Part shown: positions 39,346 through 52,472 of the stretch, piece after piece
How the letters are laid out: each line of letters begins with the position of its first letter
How positions within the stretch are numbered: position 1 is the first letter of the stretch
Origin: Macrostomum lignano
Lineage: Eukaryota
Reading direction: 5' to 3'
NCBI GenBank assembly: GCA_002269645.1
Contig: NIVC01000084.1
Coordinates: 1,054,001-1,118,000, forward strand
Length of the DNA: 64,000 nt
Translations under genes and position numbers: made by a program
Notes under the pieces: model-generated
The model's input: the letters and a program-made list of their open reading frames with translations, nothing else
The model's database searches: none
Told to the model about the DNA's origin: nothing

Positions 39346-39446
39346 TCCCTAACCCAGTCTCTGAAATGACACCTTGCAGCTCTGATTTGACTGAATGGAC
39401 TTTAATCGCAGAGCAAAGGAGAGCAGTAATGCAGAGCAGAAGCGCT

Positions 39447-42400
39447 TCATCGCTCACCGTGTCCCAGCTGCCGCAGCGTGCGGCGCCTTCGAAACCGGCA
39501 GGTGAGAATTTTCCAGAAAGTGCGTCGAAAATTTACGTTGCACAGCGCGTAGCAGACCGGGTTCATGGTAGAGTTCAGGTAACAGAGCCAGTAGCCTGCG
39601 GGTACAGGGGTTCATGGTAGAGTTCAGGTAGCAGAGCCAGTAGCCTGCGGGTACAGGGGTTCATGGTAGAGTTCAGGTAGCAGAGCCAGTAGCCTGCGGG
39701 TGCAGGGATTCAGGGTTCATGGTAGAGTTCAGGTAGCAGAGCCAGTAAGTTTCGTTCATCCTATTGGGTCAAGGAAAGAGTTGATTAAAATGCAGTTCTA
39801 TTGAAATTCTGTTGAAATGAATGCGAAGAATAGCTTTAATCTTAAAAATCGCCCTCTATATTGAGACGGAGTTCTCAGGCTGAGCAGCAGCCTCAAGGAA
39901 CTTCTTGATCGGCAGGCCGGGGCCAGCCTGAGTTTCTCTCCATATTTTTATCGATTGCCGCCGTTTCCTGCTTGAATTCATTCGCAATTCCCCCTGCCCG
40001 CGCGGCCCCGAGACCATTGAATTGCAGCCATGATGAACGGCTCAGAAATTTGCATTATTATGGCAGATAATTGACGGAGATAAGAAATACCTGATTAATC
40101 AGGGTGAGTGGGCGCCCCTCTCATTCCTACCCCCCCCCGCTATCTCGCCTGGTCCGCCTGCAGAATCTCCTCAAACTTTTCCGAGGCCTGGCGTAGCGGA
40201 AAATTTGATAAATTTATGGAGGTCCCAGCGTCAGAAGCAGCTTAAAGAGGCCGAACCTCCTGCCAGTGGCCATATAGTCCGAGCAGTGACCCGGGGAAAA
40301 ATCCAAAGTCCAAAGCCGAACAAAACTTTAATAGCCATTTAGATTGTTATTAATCTTCCTTATTTTAACATTTTCCTTTGGTTTGGCCATAGACAATTGA
40401 CGCGGGTTGACTATTTGGCACGAATTCAAACCACAACGTGACGCGTAGGCAAGGATTTAATTAAACCCGGAAAAATTATCGCGAATCAAACTGCAATGTT
40501 GCCTAAAAACCCTCTATTGCTAGTCTGAACTTCGGGCGCTGGCAAACCCAATTTGTCTGGCTTTCCCTCTGCATTCCATGGTTAGGTTTAGATGCTTCTC
40601 TGTTCTGGGGCTTGATTGCACTTGCCATTCTCTGGCTGTACGATAAGTGAAGCCTAAGGGAGATGAGGGTTGAGGGCCAGAGCTGGGGAGGCCCAGGACC
40701 ACTGTGTGAGGCATTGCAGGTGTTGCCCTTCCCGCCGAAGACGCAGCTGTGACTCCGCACTGCCGAGCCGCATCTGTCACCCCGTGAGTTCATCGCGCCA
40801 TTCCCGCTGCTCCCCTCGGCCCAGCCCGCCCACACTTCAAGCAACTCGGAGCAACAAAGCTAGCAGGCAGGCAATCTTGCGGAGGTCATCTTGAGGGGCA
40901 TTTTGAGTGCTACTCCTGGCATCTGATTGAGCAGCTCTTCGTAAGGGAATTGCTTTGAGCAGACCTCTGCTTTCCTCTCAGAATTCGTCGACCCAAGCAC
41001 CCTCTCCGGAGTCTCACCGAAGTTGTAGAGAGTGTGCGGAATCAGCGGGCGGTAGAGCTCGTCGGGGCAGTGCGCGCGGTACACCGCCCGGATCAGGGTG
41101 AAAACGCTGTAGGGAATCCACGTGATGATGAACACCAGCAGAATGGCGCTCAGTGTCTTCGCCGCCTTCTGCTCATTCTTGGACTCCTTCTTGCTGTGCT
41201 TCTGAACTTCAGAGACTCGTCTTTGGTTGCTGCGATTTGGCTGCTGTTGGCCGGCTCTCCGCAGACTCGAGCCCTCCCCGATGCTATCGATGCCGCTGTC
41301 AGCCGTGGCGTTTGACTTGGCGCTGTCGAATCGGCCCGCGGATGCCGCCGCGGCTGGCTGGTGCAGCTGCGACTGCGCCGGCTGCTTGAGAAACTGCGGC
41401 TCCGCGGCTGCGTCCGAGAAGCGCTTGGAGCGCAGCTGCACGCGGCCGCGACCGCTGGCGTCCGGCAGCCGGATCCACACGATGTAGCTGGGCTGGTCCT
41501 CCGGCAGCTCGGAGACCAGGTCGTCGGGCAAGGCGTCTGCGAAGTTTTGTAGAGGCAGGGGTGCATTTTGAGGGAAGCGCCTTTCTGGAACATCGTGCAA
41601 TTCGTGAAACCGCCCCGAGCAAGCCCCACCGCGGTGGCTCTGATCCGATCCAGGCTGAGTTTTTCCGAGGGCTTCTCATCATTTCCCACCAGCCGCTACC
41701 GAGAGACACGAAAGCTCTCCCCCAATGAAATTCACCTGGCCCGAGCCTCTGCTTAGCGCGGTCTGCTTGCACACGGTTAATAATTCATAATTCTTCTCAG
41801 CGACCCCGTCTGCACCGCTCTGTCCACTTTGCCTCTTTGTGTTGGCGGGGCGCACCGTCCTACAGCAGCAATCTTCTTCCGCTGATACACAGTACTTCTC
41901 ACCTGCGCCTGCTCCGCACACCCTGGCTTGAGGCGGTGAATTCTTGCTTTTTCAAGCTGATTTGCGCTCGTAAATCAAAAATGACTTCTATGAGCGTATT
42001 TCTATAATAATTGCATCGTCCACTTGCCATCAGGCGTGTGTCCTGACATGTGGTAGTTCCATCAGTCAGACTCGAGACCTGTGGCTACAACTCTTCACTA
42101 AAGACGGCGCGTTGCTTAAATGGAAGCACTCTTTCCCCTGTAGTCAATCCTCAAGGAGGCTTAATGCAAGCGCTACGAATCTGCAAACGATTTTTTGTCG
42201 CCAGAATTTAATTCTGAGGCTTAGCGCCCAAGTGGTCACAAATAAACCTGCCAGCCCAGTCTGCGAACACAGACTGATGCAAGAAGGCGAGGACCTCAAG
42301 TCATGAAGACCTCAGCAATTCTGGCCTAGGCAGTCAATCAGCCAGTCTGGCAGCCGCTCTCTCAGCCAGTCGCTCGCCTACTCGCGCATGCGCAGGCAGA

Positions 42401-44361
42401 CGCACAAGAATACCACTTGACTGGCTTTTGGCAAACTCTCTCAGTGGCTGAGCCAGCAGAGACGGGCCGGGGGCGGGGCGGCCCTGCAGTCAGTCAGGCG
42501 GGGCGGTCGGACCCAGCCTTTCACACCTACCCGCTTCTCCGGTACGTTGGGGATAGAAGAGGCAGTGTCGAATGAATGCCCCGGGAGGGGGCCCCGTCAA
42601 TGCTGCAGGAAGGGAGCTGCAGTTGCTCAGTGTCGCAATTCACACCTGCCCGCTTCGCGCGCGCCCTCGTGCCTGTCTTAGGAGGCAACACGCATCGATT
42701 AGCGGGGATTCTTTTGGACCAATGGGGAAGTGTAGCTGACAAAAGTCCAGCCTGCAGAATCTTCCACCATAGCAGCAGCAGTTTCGCAGCTGCCTATTGC
42801 GAAACAAATAGCCGGAGCTTCACCAAATTTGGATGGCAGCTCAAGAGAGAAGCGCAAGTTGATGAGGCGCTGAGCGACTGTTGATGCGCAATCCGACACA
42901 GGAGGCGGGCTTGAGGCTTAAAAATTAAGAGGGACGCAGTAGGCATCGGACGGATTAAGCAGGCACTATCGCAACCAGGAAGGAATAAACGCATCAGCTG
43001 TAATTTCAAAGGGAGAATTCCCTTTTCAATTCCCTAAGTTTTATTCTGGGGCATCTCGTCGACCAGTCGCGTGACCGTGGGACTTTTCGCGGTGAAATGG
43101 CACTGGTTGACACTCGGTTGACACTGCGTTTGCAAACCTTTTTAATCTCCTCCCACGCACAACAATTCCAAAAGTGAAAACATTGTGTATTGGCGAAATT
43201 TTGCTGATAGTTTGTATGCAAGGGTATTTCAGTCGAACCTAAAAGTGGTAACTCGAAGTGGTATCAAAAATCTGATCTCAACTCACTCAAATCATCCGTG
43301 GCAGTCGACGGAGCCAGCGATGATTCGGCGGGCCTGCCGCGCCTGCCGGCCTGGTAGTTGGCCCGGAAGTAGGAGCTGGAGCGGGGAAAGTGCCGCGTCA
43401 GCACAGGCCGATCCTCCCTCAGCGTCAGGCTGCCGTCCCGCTTCAGCAGGTGGCCGTCGCGACCAAGCGAGTCTGATTCGCCTTCGTCCTCCCCGGCGAC
43501 TCCGTTCTCGTCGTCCTTGTCAACAATGCGACCGAGGCAGCTGTGCAGGTCGCGTCTGCGGTGGCGACCCCGGCGTCGGCCTCGACGGACGGAGGAGCCC
43601 GGTGACTCGATGCTGCCGGCACCGCTGCGGCTGCTACCGCCGGCCTGGAGGTTCTTCAACTCGCGTTGTCGCCGCTTTGTCTCCTGGAAGATGCGCACGT
43701 ACAGCACGGTCATGACGGTGACGGGCAGGAAGAACGCCATGATCGAGGTGAAGAAGGTCAGGTAAGGATTGTCGTTGATGAACTCCACCTGGCAGACAGT
43801 GGCCAGTCGGTCGGTTTTGGTGACGGAGGAGAGCACAATCAGAGGGCTCCAGAGCACGATAGACACGGCCCAGGCGCAGGCGATCATGATCAGCGCTCGG
43901 CGGGGCGTCCGGTGCGCGCGGTAGACCAGCGGGCTGGTGACGGAGCGGTAGCGGTCGATGGAGATGATGAGCAGGCTGGCCACGGAGGCGTTGCACATGG
44001 TGTAGTCAAAGCAGAGGTACAGGTTGCAGGCCACAACACCGAAGGGCCAGTAGTTGACGAGCAGGTACACCGTGTACGTTGGCATGGAAACAAAGCCGAT
44101 GAGCAGATCCGCCACCGCCAGCGACATGAGGAAGTAGTTGCTGACGGAGCGCAGCTGCGGGTCGATGCGGAAGGAAACGAGGACCAGCAGGTTGCCGAAG
44201 CCGGTGACGGCGCTGGCCGCGGCAGCCAGGATTGCGTAGAGGACAATCTCGTACACGGACAGGGACTCCGCATCCGCTGTGGCGTTGGCCGACCAGAGCG
44301 ACAGCGAGCGGTTGAGCAGAGGCTGCGGGGACAGCGGCGGCTCCTTCGGCATGCAGGCCAT
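39447..44361 (-). CDS. Muscarinic acetylcholine receptor-like class A GPCR (exons ~44361-43290, ~41590-41018, 39595-39447)
   Basis: [59 protein letters not shown]; last exon [20 protein letters not shown] joined by a phase-1 intron. The start and middle-exon boundaries are approximate. Confidence 0.88.
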
Positions 44362-45766
44362 GCTGATGTGGCGATGATGGGAGGCTGGGATCCTGAGACA
44401 CGATTCGGCTGAGCTTCTCCCGATTGATGCGCGGCCGAATTTTCCAAATGAAAGGGACAAGAGAACGAGTGGGTTAGGGGGCATCCAATGGCCTGGCGGA
44501 TGTCGCTGATTGGCTGGGAGGCTCTGAATGGGTCTGGCAAGATAACGAATGCCTTTGTCGTCCTTTCAAGTCATCCCTCCTGAAAGGTAGACAGACTTTG
44601 GACGTCTCTACATCTCATTGAAGACTGGAGATTAAAATCAAACGTCTTTTATCTTAGTAGATGATATTCCCATTCAGCCAACCTCGATCGCAGATTTAGA
44701 GTTTCGAGCTTATGAGCCTAATCCCCAAGCCAGTAAGCAGGGAGATGAAGTGACATCAACTGGCCTACGAAAATGACTGACGGGATTTATGACACATCAG
44801 CACAGGAACTGATATGAAAGTTGAGAATATTTTTATTGAGGCCTGTTTCCAGGCAGACTGTCAATGATGGAGAGACAGTGAATTCAGACTGCCAATTAGG
44901 CCTGAATAGCATGGGGTGCAGGTAAGGAGCTGATGGCAGCTGGCAAGCCAGGAAAATTCTAGAGACAATAGCGAGCTGAGTTCCTGGCGCTGAGGATTTT
45001 GCTGTTGGGTTGATTTTACATGGCTAATATAGCACCTGCGCAATATGAGCCACCTGTCTGTTTGCCTTGCCTTCTCGAGCCAGCACTGCAACAGTGCCTG
45101 TTACAGCTCTCCTGAATTTGGCATGACAGAAAGCCAACAGTGTCTGCAAAGGGAACTGGGGCTACATGTAATTCCCATCGGCTGCCTACTGCTACTGTGC
45201 AGTGCACACACAAGACAGTCACTGATTGCCTACTGCTACTGTGCAGTGCACACACAAGACAGTCACTGAATGCATACTGTGCAGTGCACACACAAGACAG
45301 TCACTGAATGCATACTGTGCAGTGCACACACAAGACAGTCACTGATTGCATACTGCTACTGTGCAGTGCACACACAAGACAGTCACTGATTGCCTACTGT
45401 GCAGTGCACACACAAGACAGTCACTGAATGCATACTGCTACTGTGCAGTGCACACACAAGACAGTCACTGATTGCATACTGTGCAGTGCACACACAAGAC
45501 AGTCACTGATTGCATACTGTGCAGTGCGCACACAAGACAGTCACTGAATGCATACTGTGCAGTGCACACACAAGACAGTCACTGAATGCATACTGTGCAG
45601 TGCACACACAAGACAGTCACTGAATGCATACTGTGCAGTGCACACACAAGACAGTCACTGATTGCCTACTGCTACTGTGCAGTGCACACACACGACAGTC
45701 ACTGATTGCATACTGTGCAGTGCACACACAAGACAGTCACTGAATGCATACTGTGCAGTGCACACA

Positions 45767-47945
45767 CAAGGACTACTTAAGTATCGTTTATAGAAGGACG
45801 CTGCACTCGCGGTTCGTGTAATTTTTTTTGAAGGCCAATTTTCGCCGAAAAATACATTAACGAGATACAAAAAATTCACGATTTTCATCTTCAATGGCTT
45901 GCTCAGACTGACTACAACCCTGCTGAAAAGAAAAAACTGCTGAAACTTATCAAAAAGACCTAGTGTATTCGCTCCTCTATTGTATTTCGCCAAGTTAGTG
46001 TCCTTGACACGTTTACTTTTAAATACTTCGTATTTTTTCGAGGGTTTTCAATTCTGTAATGTTAAATGTTAAAGGTTGGATTAAAGTGTTAGTTTCTCTC
46101 AATAATCAGTAGTTTCTTTAGCATTCTATGATGACTGCTTTCTATGTCTTTATTTTTTTGGTAAATTTAAATTAGCTATAGACATTCTATATTAAATGTT
46201 AGTCTATACCCTGGCTATGCCTGATATATAATAATATCTAGGGCCTACTATGCTTTTTTAGCATGTTCTACAAAAATGTTGTGTAGAAAGGACCTACTGA
46301 TTAGTTTATGAGTAGATCGTTATAAAGTATTATTCTTAATTTGAAGGTAGATAGATATTAGATACTTGCATATTGTATAGAAGGTACTAATTTTACTATT
46401 CTGTCAAATATCTGTAGATTAGGCTTCTTAAACGGTTCTACTGGATACAAAAGTTCTATTTTCAGACTTGTCTTGAAACTTTATATTTTATTTAAATGAT
46501 AGGCCTAACAACATATTGAATTTATTTCTGCTGTTTGGAGAGCAGTTTTTTAACCTAGTCTAGTTTAATGGAACCAAGATATATTCAATACTCAGGCCTT
46601 GCATTGAATTTAAAATATAAATATTTATATATAGAAAGTGATTCTAAAGGAAAATGCGTATAATAGACTTTAGAAGACAAATTTTCAACTTTAGTAATAC
46701 TATTGAAGTGATTTAGTATAGAATTGATTATATTGGCCTGTTGGGATAAAAGCAATACAGTATTGTAGCAATTTTTTTACTAGATATAATGTATAGAAGC
46801 TGTATATATTTCTTTTTGTTAGCTTCAGAATTTCTGCAATGCCAATGAAATGCTGTCTTCCAAAGTGTACAAGTAACTACAAATCTGGTGAGAAGGTGAC
46901 AGTGTATAGCTTTCCAAAGGATAAAGAAGACTACAGCATGTGGATCCGAGCTTTGCCACCAAATGTTAAGGTATGGTGCTATTGCTGCTATTGCATATTC
47001 TTGTCTTGCTTAATTCACATGCTAATGGAACATTAGTACAATATGATATAATACTTACTGTTTTAGAGTCCATCTAAATACATGGGCATTTGCCAAAAAC
47101 ATTGGCCAACAAATGCACCAATGTTAAAGGTCAAGCGATTCATGCGCCCTATGGACCCACCAAGTGTATTCCCAAATCTTCCAACAGGCATGTAATTTGA
47201 CCCATAGTCCATGGTTGTCCATGTTTTATACAGACCCAATTCACATTCACGTCATTGAATATGCTTATGCTTTCATAAGTTGGTTTATGCATCTGTTGCT
47301 GCTTTCATAAGTTGGTTTCTGCATTTTACTGCTGTTGCCTACCCAATAGTTGCCACAGTTTCTATACACTATACACTATACACAGTCTTATATTTGCAGC
47401 CTTACATACATATTTGCCTTACTGTAGCTATCAATTGAGATTAAAGTACAATGAGCTGCTGTGCAACAAGCAACCAGTTCAGTTCAACATTTTTTGTTTC
47501 CAGTCCAATAACGATACATCGATTGTTATCAGCACTGGCATTGTGCCAGTTTCTCTGCTTTTGCTCTTTGTTATTTTATTGTTGAAAAGATCAGGGATGG
47601 CTTTTGAAAAGTACAGACTGACGGGCTTCGTTCTTTGTTAATCTCATCTCATTTTAATTGGATTACATTAGCTCAATTGTCGGAATTATCCTTTAAATAT
47701 CCTAGCTTTATTGTTCTATAATAAAGAAGGGGGTAACAGTACCTTGCTGTACATTTCTCGCGAATACATGTAGTTGCAGCCGAAACTGTTCACTCATCTA
47801 AAAGAGGAATAAATTCTGAGCAACCCCGTGAAAAAACTAGACCTCTACATGCAACCATTTAAAAATAACAGCATTTTGAAAAATGGCCTTCAAAAAAATC
47901 CACACCATTCGGGAGTGCAGCGTCCTTCTACTTAAGTAGTCCTTG
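45767..47945 (+). mobile_element. Non-autonomous P-element-superfamily-like DNA transposon (2179 bp)
   Basis: TIRs CAAGGACTACTTAAGTA(+indel)...GAAGGACGCTGCACTC; 8-bp TSD TGCACACA at 45759-45766 and 47946-47953; carries a THAP ORF. Confidence 0.88.
46839..47195 (+). CDS. Spliced THAP-domain-only protein (exons 46839-46970, 47067-47195; ~86 aa)
   Basis: CCLPKC..YSFPKD..W..AL / ICQKHW...PPSVF (C2CH THAP signature); phase-0 GT-AG intron. Confidence 0.8.
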
Positions 47946-48364
47946 TGCACACACAAGACAGTCACTGAATGCATACTGTGCAGTGCACACACAAGACAGT
48001 CACTGATTGCCTACTGCTACTGTGCAGTGCACACACACGACAGTCACTGATTGCATACTGTGCAGTGCACACACAAGACAGTCACTGATTGCCTACTGCT
48101 ACTGTGCAGTGCACACACAAGACAGTCACTGATTGCATAATTGAGGGTTGGAAGTATTTTAAAGCCTAATTCCAAGGTACTCACGCAATTGTCCGGCAAG
48201 ATGCTGTCCTCCAGGCAAGTGCACCTCCGGAAGCCAATCACCATCAGAAAGCTGACAGATTTCGTGACAGGTGGCTTAACTAACAAAGATAAGGCAGCCC
48301 CCTACAGACAAGCTGGTCACATATGTGAGTCGTAGTGATCTGTTCAAGCTGCAGCTTAGCAGCT

Positions 48365-49110
48365 CTGACTCGGTGCCAGGTATCTCTGCTGATCATGTGG
48401 CAATAGCATGGTAGCTCTGACTCGGTGCCAGGTATCTCTGCTGATCATGTGGCAATAGCATGGTAGCTCTGACTCGGTGCCAGGTATCTCTGCTGATCAT
48501 GTGGCAATAGCATGGTAGCTCTGACTCGGTGCCAGGTATCTCTGCTGATCATGTGGCAATAGCATGGTAGCTCTGACTCGGTGCCAGGTATCTCTGCTGA
48601 TCATGTGGCCTCGGTGCCAAGTATCTAGCTGCTGATCATGTGACCTCGGTGCCAGGTATCTCTGCTGATCATGTGACCTCGGTGCCAAGTATCTCTGCTG
48701 ATCATGTGACCTCGGTGCCAGGTATCTCTGCTGATCATGTGGCCTCGGTGCCAAGTATCTCTGCTGATCATGTGGCCTCGGTGCCAAGTATCTCTGCTGA
48801 TCATGTGGCCTCGGTGCCAAGTACTCGTATCTAGCTGCTGATCATGCGACCTCGGTGCCAGGTATCTCTGCTGATCATGTGGCCTCGGTGCCAAGTACTC
48901 GTATCTAGCTGCTGATCATGTGACCTCGGTGCCAGGTATCTCTGCTGATCATGTGGCCTCGGTGCCAAGTACTCGTATCTAGCTGCTGATCATGTGACCT
49001 CGGTGCCAGGTATCTCTGCTGATCATGTGGCCTCGGTGCCAGGTATCTCTGCTGATCATGTGGCCTCGGTGCCAGGTATCTCTGCTGATCATGTGGCCTC
49101 GGTGCCAGGT
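48365..49110. repeat. Minisatellite with related 52-bp and 33-bp units (CTCGGTGCCAGGTATCTCTGCTGATCATGTGGC)
   Basis: Direct tandem copies. Confidence 0.95.
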
Positions 49111-50399
49111 ATATGTGGCAATAGCACGGCAGCTGTATTTGGGTTGCAATGACAATGCAGGTGCAAAGTCAGCACTGTTGAGATGCGCCTGTACAAATTT
49201 GGCTAACGCTCTCTTTAGCATGGAAAGTGAGGCAAGTGAGGATAGTTTGTGCTTTATATAGCAGAATATTTATTTTCCAAAGTCTTCGGTAGATTTGAAC
49301 CTTGCCTTTTTCTCTGCCGCGACTTTCAAGAATGCCTCTGCTGAACATAAATGCAGTCAGCACATCACATGAAGACATCAAATGTACGCATAGTGGTTAG
49401 TGAGGTACAGGCTCTCGCACAGCAGCTGTTTGACTTTGCCGCTTGCCAAATTCGCAAAACTGATAATTTACTCTTTGACGGGGTGGACAGCACCCGAAAC
49501 GAGCTGAAAAATCTTAAGCTGACGGCACGTTTAAAGTTTAGATCCACAAAATTGCATCTAAAAATCGGAATATTTTTATTCCAAAATAACTCGACCGGAA
49601 CTGGGGACTTAGCTCTATTTTTTAAAAGCGTGCCAAGACCATCGTGAGTTTTTCGCAGCTCAACGCAGCTAATGGAGCGAGACCCGCGTGTCTGTCAATG
49701 TTAAACAGCTGCCAAAAACACGAGCGGCCCTGACATGCTCGCATGTTTGAGCTTGAGTGCGTTTTCGATGAATTTGCGTCTCGCAAGCTGACGCAAAGCT
49801 GGTTCATTTTTTAGATAGGAAGATAAGAAAGCGTTCAGTTGGCAAACAGCCGTCTCTTATGCGCGTCACTTGCTACTGCAGCAGTAAGACTATGCAAATG
49901 CGGATAGAATTTACTTAAAGAGATGGATTTTTTCATATGAATATTTTTGAATAGCAAGTTTTGCCAAACAAGAATTGCACGAATGAAGTTGTTAATCCAC
50001 AAATTTGCCAAAGTTTTTGGCGGTTAAATTACAAGTAACATTATAACATTTGTGGACAGAAAATGAAAAGCAGCCCGCTGGCTCAATATAGTTGCAGGGT
50101 CTGTGCTCACTGATTACACGTTCAGATGGCGCAGATAATGCCCCGGAAGCGGCTGCTCCGATTGACAGACTGCAAACATCAGCATCTGTTGCAGTTTCGT
50201 CCTGGATGGAGACTTCATGGCTGAAGTAAATCATGGCTGCTCAAACAGTAGACTAAAAATTGCTGCATTGAGTCTGAGATTGAGCTCAAATAGATTTATC
50301 GCGGAAAAACGCATTTTATTTAGACAAAAATTGTTCAATCTAAGTTCTGCTTTTTGCTTGTGCGAAAGTAGAAGAGGGTGGCGGTGCGGCTGCGTTAAA

Positions 50400-50845
50400 C
50401 GTCCAAAGCTTGCACCAAAGCTGCTGGATTCGATTCCAGAGTGCGGTTACACATCCAAAGCTTGCATCAAAGCTATTGGACTCGATTCCAGAGTGCGGTT
50501 ACACATCCAAATCTTGCACCAAAGCTGTCGGATTCGATTCCAGAGTGCGGTTACACATCCAAAGCTTGCACCAAAGCTGCTGGATTCGATTCCAGAGTGC
50601 GGTTACACATCCAAAGCTTGCACCAAAGCTGTCGGATTCGATTCCAGAGTGCGGTTTCACATCTAAAGCTTGCACCAAAGCTGCTGGATTCGATTCCAGA
50701 GTGCGGTTTCACATCAAAAGCTTGCATCAAAGCTGTTGGACTCGATTCCAGAGTGCGGTTTCACATCCAAAGCTTGCACCATTGGATTCGATTCCAGAGT
50801 GCGGTTACACATCCAAAGCTTGCATCAAAGCTGTCGGATTCGATC
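50400..50845. repeat. 52-bp minisatellite (CACCAAAGCTGCTGGATTCGATTCCAGAGTGCGGTTACACATCCAAAGCTTG)n
   Basis: About 8 tandem copies. Confidence 0.95.
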
Positions 50846-51698
50846 CCATATAAACTTGCGGGTCATGCTCGGGATGCTGGCTTAGGACTTGTGTGACTTA
50901 CGCCAATGAGGAGCTGGTAGAAAAAATATGCAGCTGTGCACAGCGCTGTGAGTGCGTCGGAGCGGGTCTGCAGAATTGCTTGTGCGTCACTACCTACTTA
51001 AAAGTGTTTAACTACCTACTTATTAAGTGTCTTAACTGTTTAAGCGATGAAAAGTATTCAGTGAAACCCGCGCATTGACTGCCCAATCGATGCTGAATCG
51101 ATTCCCAGACTCCGTATTTACAGAGACTGCAAAGCAGCCGGTCGTCGCGGTTTTGAGAGAAAGCAGCTCAGAAATAATTAAACAGTGGGTTGCTGCTTAA
51201 GAAATTAAGCTGAATCAAATCGAAAATATCGTAAAGCCTCCTAGGGACCTTGTTAGTTATGCAACACGCTCGTAAATGCGCAGGGATGCAGAGCTCGGTG
51301 TTTTTCAAAAACAGTTTTTAGCATGAGAGTTTGAGACTTTCCAGATTTCTGCTGCTGAATTGATTCGTTTTGTAACCATTCAGTAGCGCTCGCACCCTAT
51401 GCATTCTAGGGGGCTCTTGAAGGTTTAATTGGGCACTTGAAAATTCATTGTGTACCACTTTTACTGAGAATGGCCACGCAATAAGACTGACTGACGGTTT
51501 CTTGAAAACTTTCACCTTGTCAATATAAAACTCAAGGCGAATGCAGCACAGATTCTTCCCGGGATTTCTACCCTCGAACCATGAGTCGGCAGTTTCCCAC
51601 GCCAGGGTGAGCAAACATTTCCACGTGTTGCCATTGGAAACGGCTCTCAGGGAGATAAAAGGCTGCACTGTCCGCTGTGCAGAACCTAGCAGCTCGAG

Positions 51699-52169
51699 AT
51701 GCTCCTCTTGCCACTGCCGCTTCACTGCCTCTTCTTCTTCGCGGCCGCCTCGGCCGGCCCGACACCCACGGCTGTCTGGCAGTTCGCCCAGCGACCGCGG
51801 CTCTGTCGGTACCCGCCAAAGGCGGCTGCGGACGCTGCTGCCCCCAGCACGGCCGACCTGCTGGCCTGCTCGCGCAAGTGCGCGGCCAAGGCCCGCTGCG
51901 CTGTCTTCCAGCTGCGCCAGGCCGGCGCCAACCTCACCAGCGGCCAAGTCAAGTGCGCGCTCGGCACCGCCTGCGACTTGGACGTTGAGTGGCGCGAGTT
52001 CCCTCCAGCCGCTGCCGACTGCCTGACCTTCGTCAGCGAAGCCCGTCTGCGTGAAGCCGCCTGCGGCAGGTCCTCCGGAGAGCCTGAGCCGCCGCGCCCA
52101 ACTGACGGCTCCGTTTTGTTTGACGAGCGAGGTGAGGCTGCGTTCAGAAGCTCAGCGCTGCACTTTTAG
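51699..52169 (+). CDS. Putative secreted Cys-rich protein (PAN/apple-like), possibly exon 1 of a larger gene
   Basis: Signal-like MLLLPLPLHCLFFFAAASA; CSRKC...C.VF......C spacing; donor GAG|GTGAGG near 52131. Confidence 0.5.
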   Translation: MLLLPLPLHCLFFFAAASAGPTPTAVWQFAQRPRLCRYPPKAAADAAAPSTADLLACSRKCAAKARCAVFQLRQAGANLTSGQVKCALGTACDLDVEWREFPPAAADCLTFVSEARLREAACGRSSGEPEPPRPTDGSVLFDERGEAAFRSSALHF

Positions 52170-52472
52170 GGCAGGATAACTTTTTAGGGGATTTTGTTCA
52201 GCCCGGGGCAGAAATTCTTTGAGAACTCAATGAAGTGCAAATTTAGGTTAGACCTTCAGTCAAGAATGCAAGTAAGTCTCGCGTACGACCCAGACTGATG
52301 CTGAATGAACAAGCCAAGCTCTTGAATGCTCTATACTTAAATCTTGTCCCTGCATTATCCTTTGGAATAATTATTGCTACTCGTCTAGACATGAAAATAG
52401 GCTTGATGTTTAAATTATACCGGTACTAAAGGTTCGCATCTAGTAATAAAACTATTGGCTGAATCTAGAACC

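Larger units (their letters stand above)
45215..48137. repeat. ~37-43-bp minisatellite (CTGTGCAGTGCACACACAAGACAGTCACTGATTGCATA)n, split by a transposon at 45767-47945
   Basis: The same unit flanks both sides of the insertion. Confidence 0.93.
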
